A stretch of 32,861 bases of DNA from a virus (Duplodnaviria > Caudoviricetes), in the IMG/VR virus record IMGVR_UViG_3300025020_000007, positions 1 through 32,861 of that record, one strand, 5' to 3'. Position numbers and translations under genes: made by a program. Position 1 is the stretch's first letter. The number at the start of each line of letters is the position of its first letter. Below are positions 26,227 to 32,861 of the stretch, piece after piece. The notes beneath the pieces are model-generated. The model was not told the origin of the DNA and did no database searches. It saw nothing but the letters and a program-made list of their open reading frames with translations.

Positions 26227-26325
26227 TTAGTATGGACTTCGGTGTGAGAAAATATTTGAGTAAATGTAAATCGCAGCAGCTAACGCTACTAGCAAAATTC
26301 CATCTAAAAATAATACTAAACTCAT
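26227..26325 (-). CDS. 32-aa single-TM microprotein between tRNA genes
   Basis: AGGA SD; MSLVLFLDGILLVALAAAIYIYSNIFSHRSPY. Confidence 0.5.
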   Translation of the reverse strand: MSLVLFLDGILLVALAAAIYIYSNIFSHRSPY

Positions 26326-26341
26326 AATGTTTTCCTATGTT

Positions 26342-26416
26342 TGGAGCGGAATGGACCAGCATTTCTCGGTCATTTATCGCTGGATGGCGATGGTTCTATA
26401 CTTAAACTACACCCGC
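26342..26416 (-). tRNA. Non-canonical or pseudo tRNA-Gly (UCC-like)
   Basis: GCGGGTG...CCGC-T-CCA Gly-type acceptor with U73, D stem and ATCGC/GCGAT stem; but a 6-nt anticodon loop, no D-loop GG and no TTC. Confidence 0.65.
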
Positions 26417-26435
26417 ATATTGTCTACACTTCTAT

Positions 26436-27020
26436 TTAGCGTGGGCGGATCAGCTCGCGAATTTTTTCTACCACCAGGTCCCATTGTGAAGTGAAAATGT
26501 GGCCACCAGTTTCTGTCACCGTGCAGCTCGCAACAGAGGGGAGCCCAGCCAGTGTCTGCTCGTAGGGCAGGACATTGTCATCCTTTGCCAAGAATAGATG
26601 GAGTAGGTTGCTGTTCGTGTTGCCACGCAGGAACGCTTCGCGTTTTTCAAATTTCGCCGCGTATTTTTTCAGCACCGGCATCAGCACCCCAGTCTTGTAG
26701 TTTGGGACAAACTGCCCTGCCTTCTCCCACATTGTCTTGCTCGGTGTTAAGCTCGGGTTCACCATCACGCAGGGTGCGTTCCATTGTTGAGCAAAATAAT
26801 TCGCCCAAAATCCACCCAGTGATGTGCCAGCAAAGAGCAAGGGTGGCGGAGTTTCAAGCATCGTCTGTGTCACCAAGCCGTCAACCAGTTTTTCAACTGC
26901 ATCTGGGTCAAGCGGAAGATCTGGTGTGAGGACGTTGTCTGTGCCAAACGCTAACTTCAACGCATCGCTCTTGGGGCCAACCCCAGTACTCGCAAACCCG
27001 TGTAGGTAGATTATTTTCAT
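26436..27020 (-). CDS. YqiA/UPF0227-like alpha/beta hydrolase (esterase)
   Basis: IIYLHGFAS, GTSLGG nucleophile elbow, VNPS, KDDNVL, GGH. Confidence 0.88.
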   Translation of the reverse strand: MKIIYLHGFASTGVGPKSDALKLAFGTDNVLTPDLPLDPDAVEKLVDGLVTQTMLETPPPLLFAGTSLGGFWANYFAQQWNAPCVMVNPSLTPSKTMWEKAGQFVPNYKTGVLMPVLKKYAAKFEKREAFLRGNTNSNLLHLFLAKDDNVLPYEQTLAGLPSVASCTVTETGGHIFTSQWDLVVEKIRELIRPR

Positions 27021-27280
27021 TTCTTTCTACTAGCCCGCCAGTTGCTAACCACTGTAGGATCTATCGTAGTGAATCCTGTTTTAAGCAAGTAGAACAGTTT
27101 GTCATCGTCAGTGTTCAGTGTTATTTTGTAGCAATCACCAGTAGAAATTCCACCATATGAGTTACATACAAATCTAGCTTTTTCACAGCCAGTCATTTTT
27201 TCTAAAATATCATCAACATGATTTGAAATGTGACAATCGTATTTAAAATTCTGTAACACGTCAACGTAGAATTCCTTCAT
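27017..27280 (-). CDS. Hypothetical protein
   Basis: 87-aa ORF with ATGA overlap. Confidence 0.6.
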   Translation of the reverse strand: MKEFYVDVLQNFKYDCHISNHVDDILEKMTGCEKARFVCNSYGGISTGDCYKITLNTDDDKLFYLLKTGFTTIDPTVVSNWRASRKK

Positions 27281-27287
27281 GACATGA

Positions 27288-27590
27288 TCAGTTTTTAGTT
27301 TTGTGGGCGTAGTTCATTTTAACTTTACCAGCAGCGATCTCTAGTAGAGCAGTTACCCCTGACTTACTTTTAGTGGGGATCAACGGAATAGCACCACGAT
27401 TCAAGTCGCGTGTCCTCGCAGCGGCGACAATGATCATCTGAAAACGATTGCCGTCAAACGCTTTCAGCGATTCCTCAACGTTCTCTACAATAAAGGAATC
27501 TGCCTTTGCTTTATAAGGCTTGATAGCATCGGCTTGATACTTGAGTGGGGCTGGTTTCTTGAAGAGTGAGTTGAATTCTTTTGATTTCAT
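27288..27590 (-). CDS. rpoZ: RNA polymerase omega subunit homologue with N-terminal extension
   Basis: VEESLKAFDGNRFQMIIVAAARTRDLNRGAIPLI...VTALLEIAAGKV matches the RpoZ pattern. Start re-assigned to the ATG at 27590 (AAGGA SD, promoter upstream). Confidence 0.85.
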   Translation of the reverse strand: MKSKEFNSLFKKPAPLKYQADAIKPYKAKADSFIVENVEESLKAFDGNRFQMIIVAAARTRDLNRGAIPLIPTKSKSGVTALLEIAAGKVKMNYAHKTKN

Positions 27591-27611
27591 TAGTATTCCT
27601 TTGTTAGAGGT

Positions 27612-27640
27612 AGTATAGCAGGGAAAGTGATGGAAGTCAA
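27612..27640 (-). promoter_or_regulatory. Sigma70-type early promoter for the rpoZ homologue
   Basis: TTGACT-17 nt-TATACT. Confidence 0.85.
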
Positions 27641-27646
27641 GAGAAA

Positions 27647-27763
27647 TGGTGGTGGAAGAGTAGGATCTCATCTCTACTCCTACCGACACCCACCAATGCC
27701 GAGCAACAGCGGTAACGGTGTATGCTAAAGCCGACCAGCATTATTATCGAAGGCTGACCCTCC
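27647..27763 (-). ncRNA. Candidate tRNA-like structured RNA ending ACCACCA
   Basis: GGAGGG/TCTTCC-A-CCA acceptor-like stem plus three internal hairpins; TATAAT 8 nt upstream. Confidence 0.4.
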
Positions 27764-27807
27764 GCTCGTGGATTATACAGTTCGAGAAAACTGTGAGAGA
27801 ATCATAA

Positions 27808-28059
27808 TTATGCGTTACCCGCCTTGCCCGCGTTGGCGAGTTTCAGGTTCAGCACAAAGTTTTCCACTGTGAGCTTAACTACAGTTGCCAGCATTACCAT
27901 ATCACGATCATCGGGGTCGGTGGCCAAGTAGTTGTCAAGGACGCCAGTTGCCATCAGTGTGTACGCATCGTGCTCGTCAATCTCAAGCATGCCCCAATCT
28001 ATTGGATCGGCAGTCTCAATCTCTTCAGCAATCAGTACCAGTTGCTCTACTAGGTTCAC
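27808..28059 (-). CDS. Hypothetical protein
   Basis: 83-aa ORF, GTG start with AGGGA SD. Confidence 0.65.
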   Translation of the reverse strand: MNLVEQLVLIAEEIETADPIDWGMLEIDEHDAYTLMATGVLDNYLATDPDDRDMVMLATVVKLTVENFVLNLKLANAGKAGNA

Positions 28060-28060
28060 A

Positions 28061-28237
28061 CTATTCCCTCTGTTTGAAGTATTTAGCTACAGTTTCATCG
28101 TCAAGCAAATTTTCTTCGTATCGCCGTTCCTGCTCTTGAAACAGTTTCCAATCCTCTTCGTCATCTAATAGACCAAGCTCATAGAGCACTTTTTTATGCT
28201 CGCTATCGTCGTCTATTATGTGATGTGCGCGTGTCAT
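28061..28237 (-). CDS. Small acidic hypothetical protein (58 aa)
   Basis: Not in the ORF track. MTRAHHIIDDDSEHKKVLYELGLLDDEEDW...; ATGA overlap with the deacetylase stop and fills the gap. Confidence 0.6.
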   Translation of the reverse strand: MTRAHHIIDDDSEHKKVLYELGLLDDEEDWKLFQEQERRYEENLLDDETVAKYFKQRE

Positions 28238-29355
28238 ATCGGGCGAACTTCAATAGATTTTGCTTTGAGGTAATCTAGTAGCAACTTGACGTCGGATAGC
28301 GACCAGTCTTCATCAGCAGTTGGCTCATCTTTGAAGGAGTGAAAGTTGATGACAATCCACTCGTTGTTTGCAACTGCAGCATCTACCCAGGCCTTAACTT
28401 GATCAACTGTAGTCCATCTGTCAACAGAGTGACGGTTAATGTTTGATGTTGGGACTGCTGAACCATTGTTCATACCGCTAATGTTGAACCATTGGGTAAA
28501 GAAAGTCAAGTTTTCTGAGGGGATAGTCTCGCCGTTTGGATAAGCGAAAGGTAAGGCTGTAGTTGGCGACGGGTAGAATTTTTCTAGGTACTCCCATGAG
28601 AATCTTAGGTTCTGCTCTAGTTCAGCACCATGCAACTGGCTCATTCTACCTATTCTGTGCCCACCCAGCCCCCAGCCCAAATCACGCAAGTGTACCAGAT
28701 CAGCACGAGTCATATAGCCCGGTGTATCTATGGTTAGCGGGTCGACAAACGCGGTTGCGGTGTAACCATATTTTCGTAGCAGTGTCGCAAGAGGGAGGGC
28801 ATCAACGAATCCGTCATCTATAGTTAAGCTCACTACCGCATGTGGCATTGTATTTTTAACTACGGTGATACCTGTCACGGTGGCAGACACTTGCTTAGTG
28901 CTGCCAGGTTTAGATGCTACCATCAACAGTACCGAGTCAATCTTAGAAAAATCTACAGTTTTTCCCTCTTCAGGAATCCAAGCAGAGAAGGGCACACTAA
29001 CTACTACCTCGACGTCATCTATCTTTGACCGTACCTTCCAGTCTAAGTCAATCGTGGCTGACACTTCCATGTTTAGTCCATTGCCAACTAAAAGGGACAA
29101 TATCTTAACATCCTTCCAGTGTGAAACCTTCAAGGTAAAGTTTACAGTCGAGTCTTTTAAGTCCCAAGTAAGCCACCCTGTTTTCAGGTAAGCACCAGCT
29201 TTTTCACCAGATTTTTGTGTTGTGACCATAACTCCACTGTCAACTCGTTTGCTTGCACCTTCATCGTAGTAGTCAAGCCAGCGGCCGTTGATAGTGGTGT
29301 CTGCAAAAGATAGCCCACAGCAGGCTAGTAGCAGGGTGGCAACTAGTTTATGCAT
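28234..29355 (-). CDS. Secreted/periplasmic polysaccharide deacetylase (CE4/NodB, PgaB/IcaB-like) with an N-terminal beta-sandwich
   Basis: Signal peptide; SLTIDDG, GWGLGGH, FAYPNG, INFH. Confidence 0.8.
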   Translation of the reverse strand: MHKLVATLLLACCGLSFADTTINGRWLDYYDEGASKRVDSGVMVTTQKSGEKAGAYLKTGWLTWDLKDSTVNFTLKVSHWKDVKILSLLVGNGLNMEVSATIDLDWKVRSKIDDVEVVVSVPFSAWIPEEGKTVDFSKIDSVLLMVASKPGSTKQVSATVTGITVVKNTMPHAVVSLTIDDGFVDALPLATLLRKYGYTATAFVDPLTIDTPGYMTRADLVHLRDLGWGLGGHRIGRMSQLHGAELEQNLRFSWEYLEKFYPSPTTALPFAYPNGETIPSENLTFFTQWFNISGMNNGSAVPTSNINRHSVDRWTTVDQVKAWVDAAVANNEWIVINFHSFKDEPTADEDWSLSDVKLLLDYLKAKSIEVRPI

Positions 29356-29356
29356 G

Positions 29357-30349
29357 TTAAAACGGGACCTTTAACCAGGCGTAAACACCTTTCCAAGAGT
29401 AAGAGTCTTTATTCACTCCTACCAGATTAACCCCGTAAGTAGTACCAGTTTTACGTCCTGGGCTAGTTTGTACCCCAAGGTTCCATTCATATACGGCCCC
29501 ACTTGCAGTGTAGTCATACAAGAAATGTTCAGTTACATTACCAGCACCCAAGGTAGCAGAGTAAGTTAGCCCGTCATATGTTTTCCGCCATTGCGCACCG
29601 ACCATCGTACTAGTTGCATTTTCTGGTGATGTATAGTATGGGCTGCCTGGATTAGTGTTAGTGTGGTAATCAATCTTACCGAAAAGTGAAACCCCAGCGT
29701 CAGGCAATATGGTCCAACTGACTCGGTTTTTCAAGAATGTGCGGACGTTTGAATCGCTATAATAAGTGTTTCCCAATGATGCTGACCAGTCTACAGTTTC
29801 AGTCAACACCAAGTCACTACTGATTGCCAATGTTGTAGATGTCACATTTGATTGCATTCCAGCTGCCGAGTCTACAATGTCTTTCGCAGCATACGCCCCA
29901 AGAGTAAGACGATCTGTCATAACTAAAGTTGCTTCTACTGAGCCAACGATAACTTGATCGCTCCCATCAGCGGTGCCACCTTGATCAGATAGTTTTTGCA
30001 GCGCCGTAGTATCAAGAGTAGCAGGGTTAGTGCTGTGAGAAATATTACGTACTCCGATCGCCGCCGTTAAGTTTAAGTTATCATTGACAATCGAATAGGT
30101 GCCAAACAATGCTGAGCTATTCCCCGACACAGTTGGAGATGAGTAGCTTTGGTATTCAACTTTGGCTCCGAATCCAGAACCTAGGATAAATCCAGCTGAT
30201 CCACCAATGGTATCAAACTTGTCTGAGTCAGTTGTATAACTGGCTGTAAAATCTAATACCGGCGGTAAAGTGCCAATATATTGCGCTTGCGCAGTAGTGT
30301 GAAGGGCCGTGAGTGCGGTCAGCGTGATTAAAGTGTGTTTAAGTTTCAT
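29357..30349 (-). CDS. Predicted outer-membrane beta-barrel protein (polysaccharide export porin-like)
   Basis: Signal peptide ending AQA; alternating amphipathic beta-strands; C-terminal beta-signal GVYAWLKVPF. Confidence 0.7.
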   Translation of the reverse strand: MKLKHTLITLTALTALHTTAQAQYIGTLPPVLDFTASYTTDSDKFDTIGGSAGFILGSGFGAKVEYQSYSSPTVSGNSSALFGTYSIVNDNLNLTAAIGVRNISHSTNPATLDTTALQKLSDQGGTADGSDQVIVGSVEATLVMTDRLTLGAYAAKDIVDSAAGMQSNVTSTTLAISSDLVLTETVDWSASLGNTYYSDSNVRTFLKNRVSWTILPDAGVSLFGKIDYHTNTNPGSPYYTSPENATSTMVGAQWRKTYDGLTYSATLGAGNVTEHFLYDYTASGAVYEWNLGVQTSPGRKTGTTYGVNLVGVNKDSYSWKGVYAWLKVPF

Positions 30350-31662
30350 TTAGTTCCCCAGTTTTTAATTTTACCAAAAATTGCCTCTTTTACATATCCA
30401 TATACACAGAATGGCTGCATAATGAATGTGTAAAGTATTGCAAACGCGAAAAAGCCAAATATGTTCCTTCTTACATTTAGCCCTTGACTCGTAAACATTC
30501 GAGATTGTATTACGAACATAATGTAGTTTAACAGAAGTGAGAGTGGAATTACAAACAAAGTGAGTGGACCGGCTAGCCAATATATTCCGAAAAATGCAAT
30601 CAGGATGCCCGGAATTAAGAAAAACGTGAATGCCGTGTCGATCCACGGAAACAGCAAATTCCACCATACAAACATAGTAGAAAGTCTTTTCTTAAACAAT
30701 AAATGCCAGTGTTGTTTGAATGCTTCAATCATCCCGCGTGACCACCTAATACGCTGTTTAAACAGTTGGTTAAAGGTCGTAGGCACATTAGTAAACAAGC
30801 ATGCATTTTCAGCATATCCAACTCTGTGCCCTTGTTTAAGCATTGCCCAAGTTAGCACGATGTCTTCACCAACGCATTTTGGCCAACCACCAGCCTCAAT
30901 GATTGCACTGGTTTTGTATATAGAAAAAGCGCCCTGTGCCACAAGAGTGCCATGGTATAACGACTGCAGACGCTTGACCGCTGCAATGCCATGAAAGTAA
31001 TCCCATTCTTGCATTTGACATATAAACTTCTCGCGTGAATTACGCACTAATACTGCGCCAGCAACTGCAACAGTATTTGGAGGGTCACTCAAGATTCGTA
31101 TTACTATGTTCTTTAAGGCGTCTTTATACAGGTAGCTATCGCCGTCAATTGTAACAGTCAAATCAGTTTCAATATGAGTTACTGCTTTGTTTAACGCATC
31201 TGCTTTTCCACCATTTTTCTTCAAGTCAACCAGAGTTAACCAGCGATATTTCTTTTTTGCTGCGCGAACTACTGCTGCTGTTTTGTCAGTGGATCCGTCA
31301 TTTATAACGATTGCTTTAATTTTTCCGGGGTAGTTTTGCTTACTGATAGATTCGAGGGTTGACATTATGTTGTTTTCCTCGTTGTAAGCTGCAATGAGTA
31401 TAGTTAAAGGGGGGTATTTCCCCTCTAACGACATCACTTTGGGACGGCGATCAATGATTAATGATACCAATAGAAATGCATTCATAAAACCCGGCAGGAT
31501 AGCAACCCCATATAGAATAAAGTTTGCTAAGAATGCACCGAATAGTTCAGATAACTCTGACAACCAGGCTTGGGCATACCAAATAGAAAAGGCAGCCCAG
31601 CATGATGCTACTATGAATGCAAAAATGAATTTGACGGTGACAGGAATGTAAATATTATTCAT
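30346..31662 (-). CDS. Processive membrane GT2 synthase, PgaC/IcaA-like (poly-GlcNAc synthase type)
   Basis: IAAYNEE, INDGSTD, GGKADALN, IDGD, GED, QRIRW; 2 N-terminal and ~3 C-terminal TM helices. Confidence 0.88.
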   Translation of the reverse strand: MNNIYIPVTVKFIFAFIVASCWAAFSIWYAQAWLSELSELFGAFLANFILYGVAILPGFMNAFLLVSLIIDRRPKVMSLEGKYPPLTILIAAYNEENNIMSTLESISKQNYPGKIKAIVINDGSTDKTAAVVRAAKKKYRWLTLVDLKKNGGKADALNKAVTHIETDLTVTIDGDSYLYKDALKNIVIRILSDPPNTVAVAGAVLVRNSREKFICQMQEWDYFHGIAAVKRLQSLYHGTLVAQGAFSIYKTSAIIEAGGWPKCVGEDIVLTWAMLKQGHRVGYAENACLFTNVPTTFNQLFKQRIRWSRGMIEAFKQHWHLLFKKRLSTMFVWWNLLFPWIDTAFTFFLIPGILIAFFGIYWLAGPLTLFVIPLSLLLNYIMFVIQSRMFTSQGLNVRRNIFGFFAFAILYTFIMQPFCVYGYVKEAIFGKIKNWGTK

Positions 31663-31663
31663 T

Positions 31664-31700
31664 GTAATTATGCCGTTTTATAAAAATCTATAAAACTGAC
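31664..31700 (-). mobile_element. Probable IS605-family right end
   Basis: Subterminal hairpin GTTTTATAGA/TTTATAAAAC followed by GGCATAATTAC, 1 nt before the GT2 ATG. Confidence 0.5.
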
Positions 31701-32861
31701 TAGACGTTTCAACGAATCTACCTTTGGTATTTCTACTTTAGGATTTAATGACTCTCTACGTCTGTAATCGGATAATTCTTCCGATGTAAGTGAGTAAAGA
31801 TCATCTAGACCTTTACTCAAAATGTTTACTGCTGCATTTAAGTCTCTGTCGTGCGTAGTTCCACAACTTGGGCATTCCCATTCTCTGACAGATAAATCTA
31901 AGGATTCTAGTTTATGACCGCAACAGGAGCAAGTTTTAGAGGAAGGGTAAAAAGTGTCTATCTGGTGAAATGTTTTGCCATACCATTTAGATTTGTATTC
32001 TATCATTCCAATTAAAATAGACCACGAAGCATCTTGAATAGATTTAGCTAGTTTTCTATTTTTGATCATGTTCTTTACTTTTAGACTTTCCATAACTATA
32101 GTATCGTGGTTATTTACTAGCCAACTGGATAAGTTATGATAGATGAACTTTCTTTGGTTAGTTACTTGTTGATAAAGTTTAGCTACTTTAAATTTCATCT
32201 TTTTGTATCTAGAAGAATCTTTAACTTTCTTACTAAATGCTCTTTGAGTTATTTTTAGTTTCGCTTGTGTTTTACGAAACCATCTGGGATTGCTGATTTT
32301 CATGCCATTACTCATGATAGCTAAATCTTTTATCCCCAAGTCAATACCGATACTCCTACCGGTATTTTGTTTCAATTCTAGTGGTTCTTCAACTAAAATT
32401 GAAACAAAATATTGGTTGGTTTTGTTTTTAGAAACAGTTACTGATTTCAATAACCCCGAAAATGGTCTATCAATTACCAGTTTAATGGGTGACATTTTAG
32501 GTAATTTAATTCTTGAAGTCTCGAAATTGACACATTCATTAAATTTTAAACACTGACCAGGAATTCTAAATGAATCATTAGAAACTCCTCTTTTCTTGAA
32601 TTTGGGTCTACCCAGTTTAACTGCTCTCTTTTTAGAAAAGAATTGTTTCTTGAATTCAACCCAGTCCATTCTTTTTTGTTGAAGCCCATAACTAATTACT
32701 TCTGAAAGAAATTCTTTACCTGGAAGATCTTTAATGAACTTTTCTTCTTGTGGCATACAAGGGCCAACAAAATCATGGTTAAAAGAAGCAACAAATTGAT
32801 TCCAGATGAATCTAACTGCACCAAAATTACGGTCTAGAAAACTAGACTGTTCTTTGGTGGG
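31668..32861 (-). CDS. tnpB: TnpB RNA-guided endonuclease (IS200/IS605 family), 5' end beyond the window
   Basis: Frame is open to the edge (PTKEQ..FGAVRFIWN). RuvC GIDLG / VMESL / DRDLNAA and Zn finger CSCC..CPSC are all intact. Confidence 0.93.
   Translation of the reverse strand, partial: PTKEQSSFLDRNFGAVRFIWNQFVASFNHDFVGPCMPQEEKFIKDLPGKEFLSEVISYGLQQKRMDWVEFKKQFFSKKRAVKLGRPKFKKRGVSNDSFRIPGQCLKFNECVNFETSRIKLPKMSPIKLVIDRPFSGLLKSVTVSKNKTNQYFVSILVEEPLELKQNTGRSIGIDLGIKDLAIMSNGMKISNPRWFRKTQAKLKITQRAFSKKVKDSSRYKKMKFKVAKLYQQVTNQRKFIYHNLSSWLVNNHDTIVMESLKVKNMIKNRKLAKSIQDASWSILIGMIEYKSKWYGKTFHQIDTFYPSSKTCSCCGHKLESLDLSVREWECPSCGTTHDRDLNAAVNILSKGLDDLYSLTSEELSDYRRRESLNPKVEIPKVDSLKRLVSFIDFYKTA

Noticed and set aside
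26174-26362. 62-aa ORF in the track
   Set aside because: It overlaps two tRNA genes; a shorter SD-led 32-aa ORF fits the gap better.
27590-27689. N-terminal extensions of track ORFs (27689, 20592, 10935, 6490, 3274, 25329)
   Set aside because: They run through promoters or upstream genes; downstream ATGs have better SD/promoter/overlap context.
1-32861. Most plus-strand ORFs in the track (e.g. 202-474, 2161-2484, 8901-9239, 21417-21797, 26552-26929, 30560-30994, 32290-32556)
   Set aside because: They are antisense shadows of well-supported minus-strand genes and show no recognisable motifs.
1-32861. CRISPR array or rRNA
   Set aside because: No regularly spaced direct repeats or rRNA-like sequence seen.
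1-32861. Stop-codon reassignment (common in some large phages)
   Set aside because: Genes are full-length and tightly packed in code 11; TAG and TGA both occur at sensible gene ends.

Overview
A gene-dense 32.9-kb segment of a large T4-like/jumbo dsDNA bacteriophage genome, coded almost entirely on the minus strand in the standard genetic code. The host is probably a Gram-negative proteobacterium, judging by a phage RNAP omega homologue and an outer-membrane beta-barrel gene. From left to right: (1) putative capsid-packaged proteins with MK[ILV]x[ED]-type N-termini (two pol-beta nucleotidyltransferases, a KxDG ligase-like protein, a GNAT); (2) a replication module with a gp41-like helicase fractured at its Walker A motif by an atypically split intein (26-aa N part, ~157-aa C part) around an out-of-frame free-standing endonuclease, plus a primase, a 192-aa mini DnaE-type polymerase, a clamp-loader small subunit, UvsW and an AAA ATPase; (3) small early genes under near-consensus sigma70 promoters and a tRNA(CAU); (4) a glycosyltransferase/FkbM methyltransferase cluster; (5) a doubly deleted 582-bp IS200/IS605 element whose empty site can be reconstructed; (6) a tRNA-Thr with a 78-nt structured anticodon insert, a non-canonical tRNA-Gly and a further tRNA-like RNA; (7) phage rpoZ; (8) a three-gene PNAG/pga-like exopolysaccharide operon (synthase, beta-barrel, deacetylase); (9) an intact-looking tnpB running off the right edge. 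All assignments come from motif reading by eye; no database searches were run.
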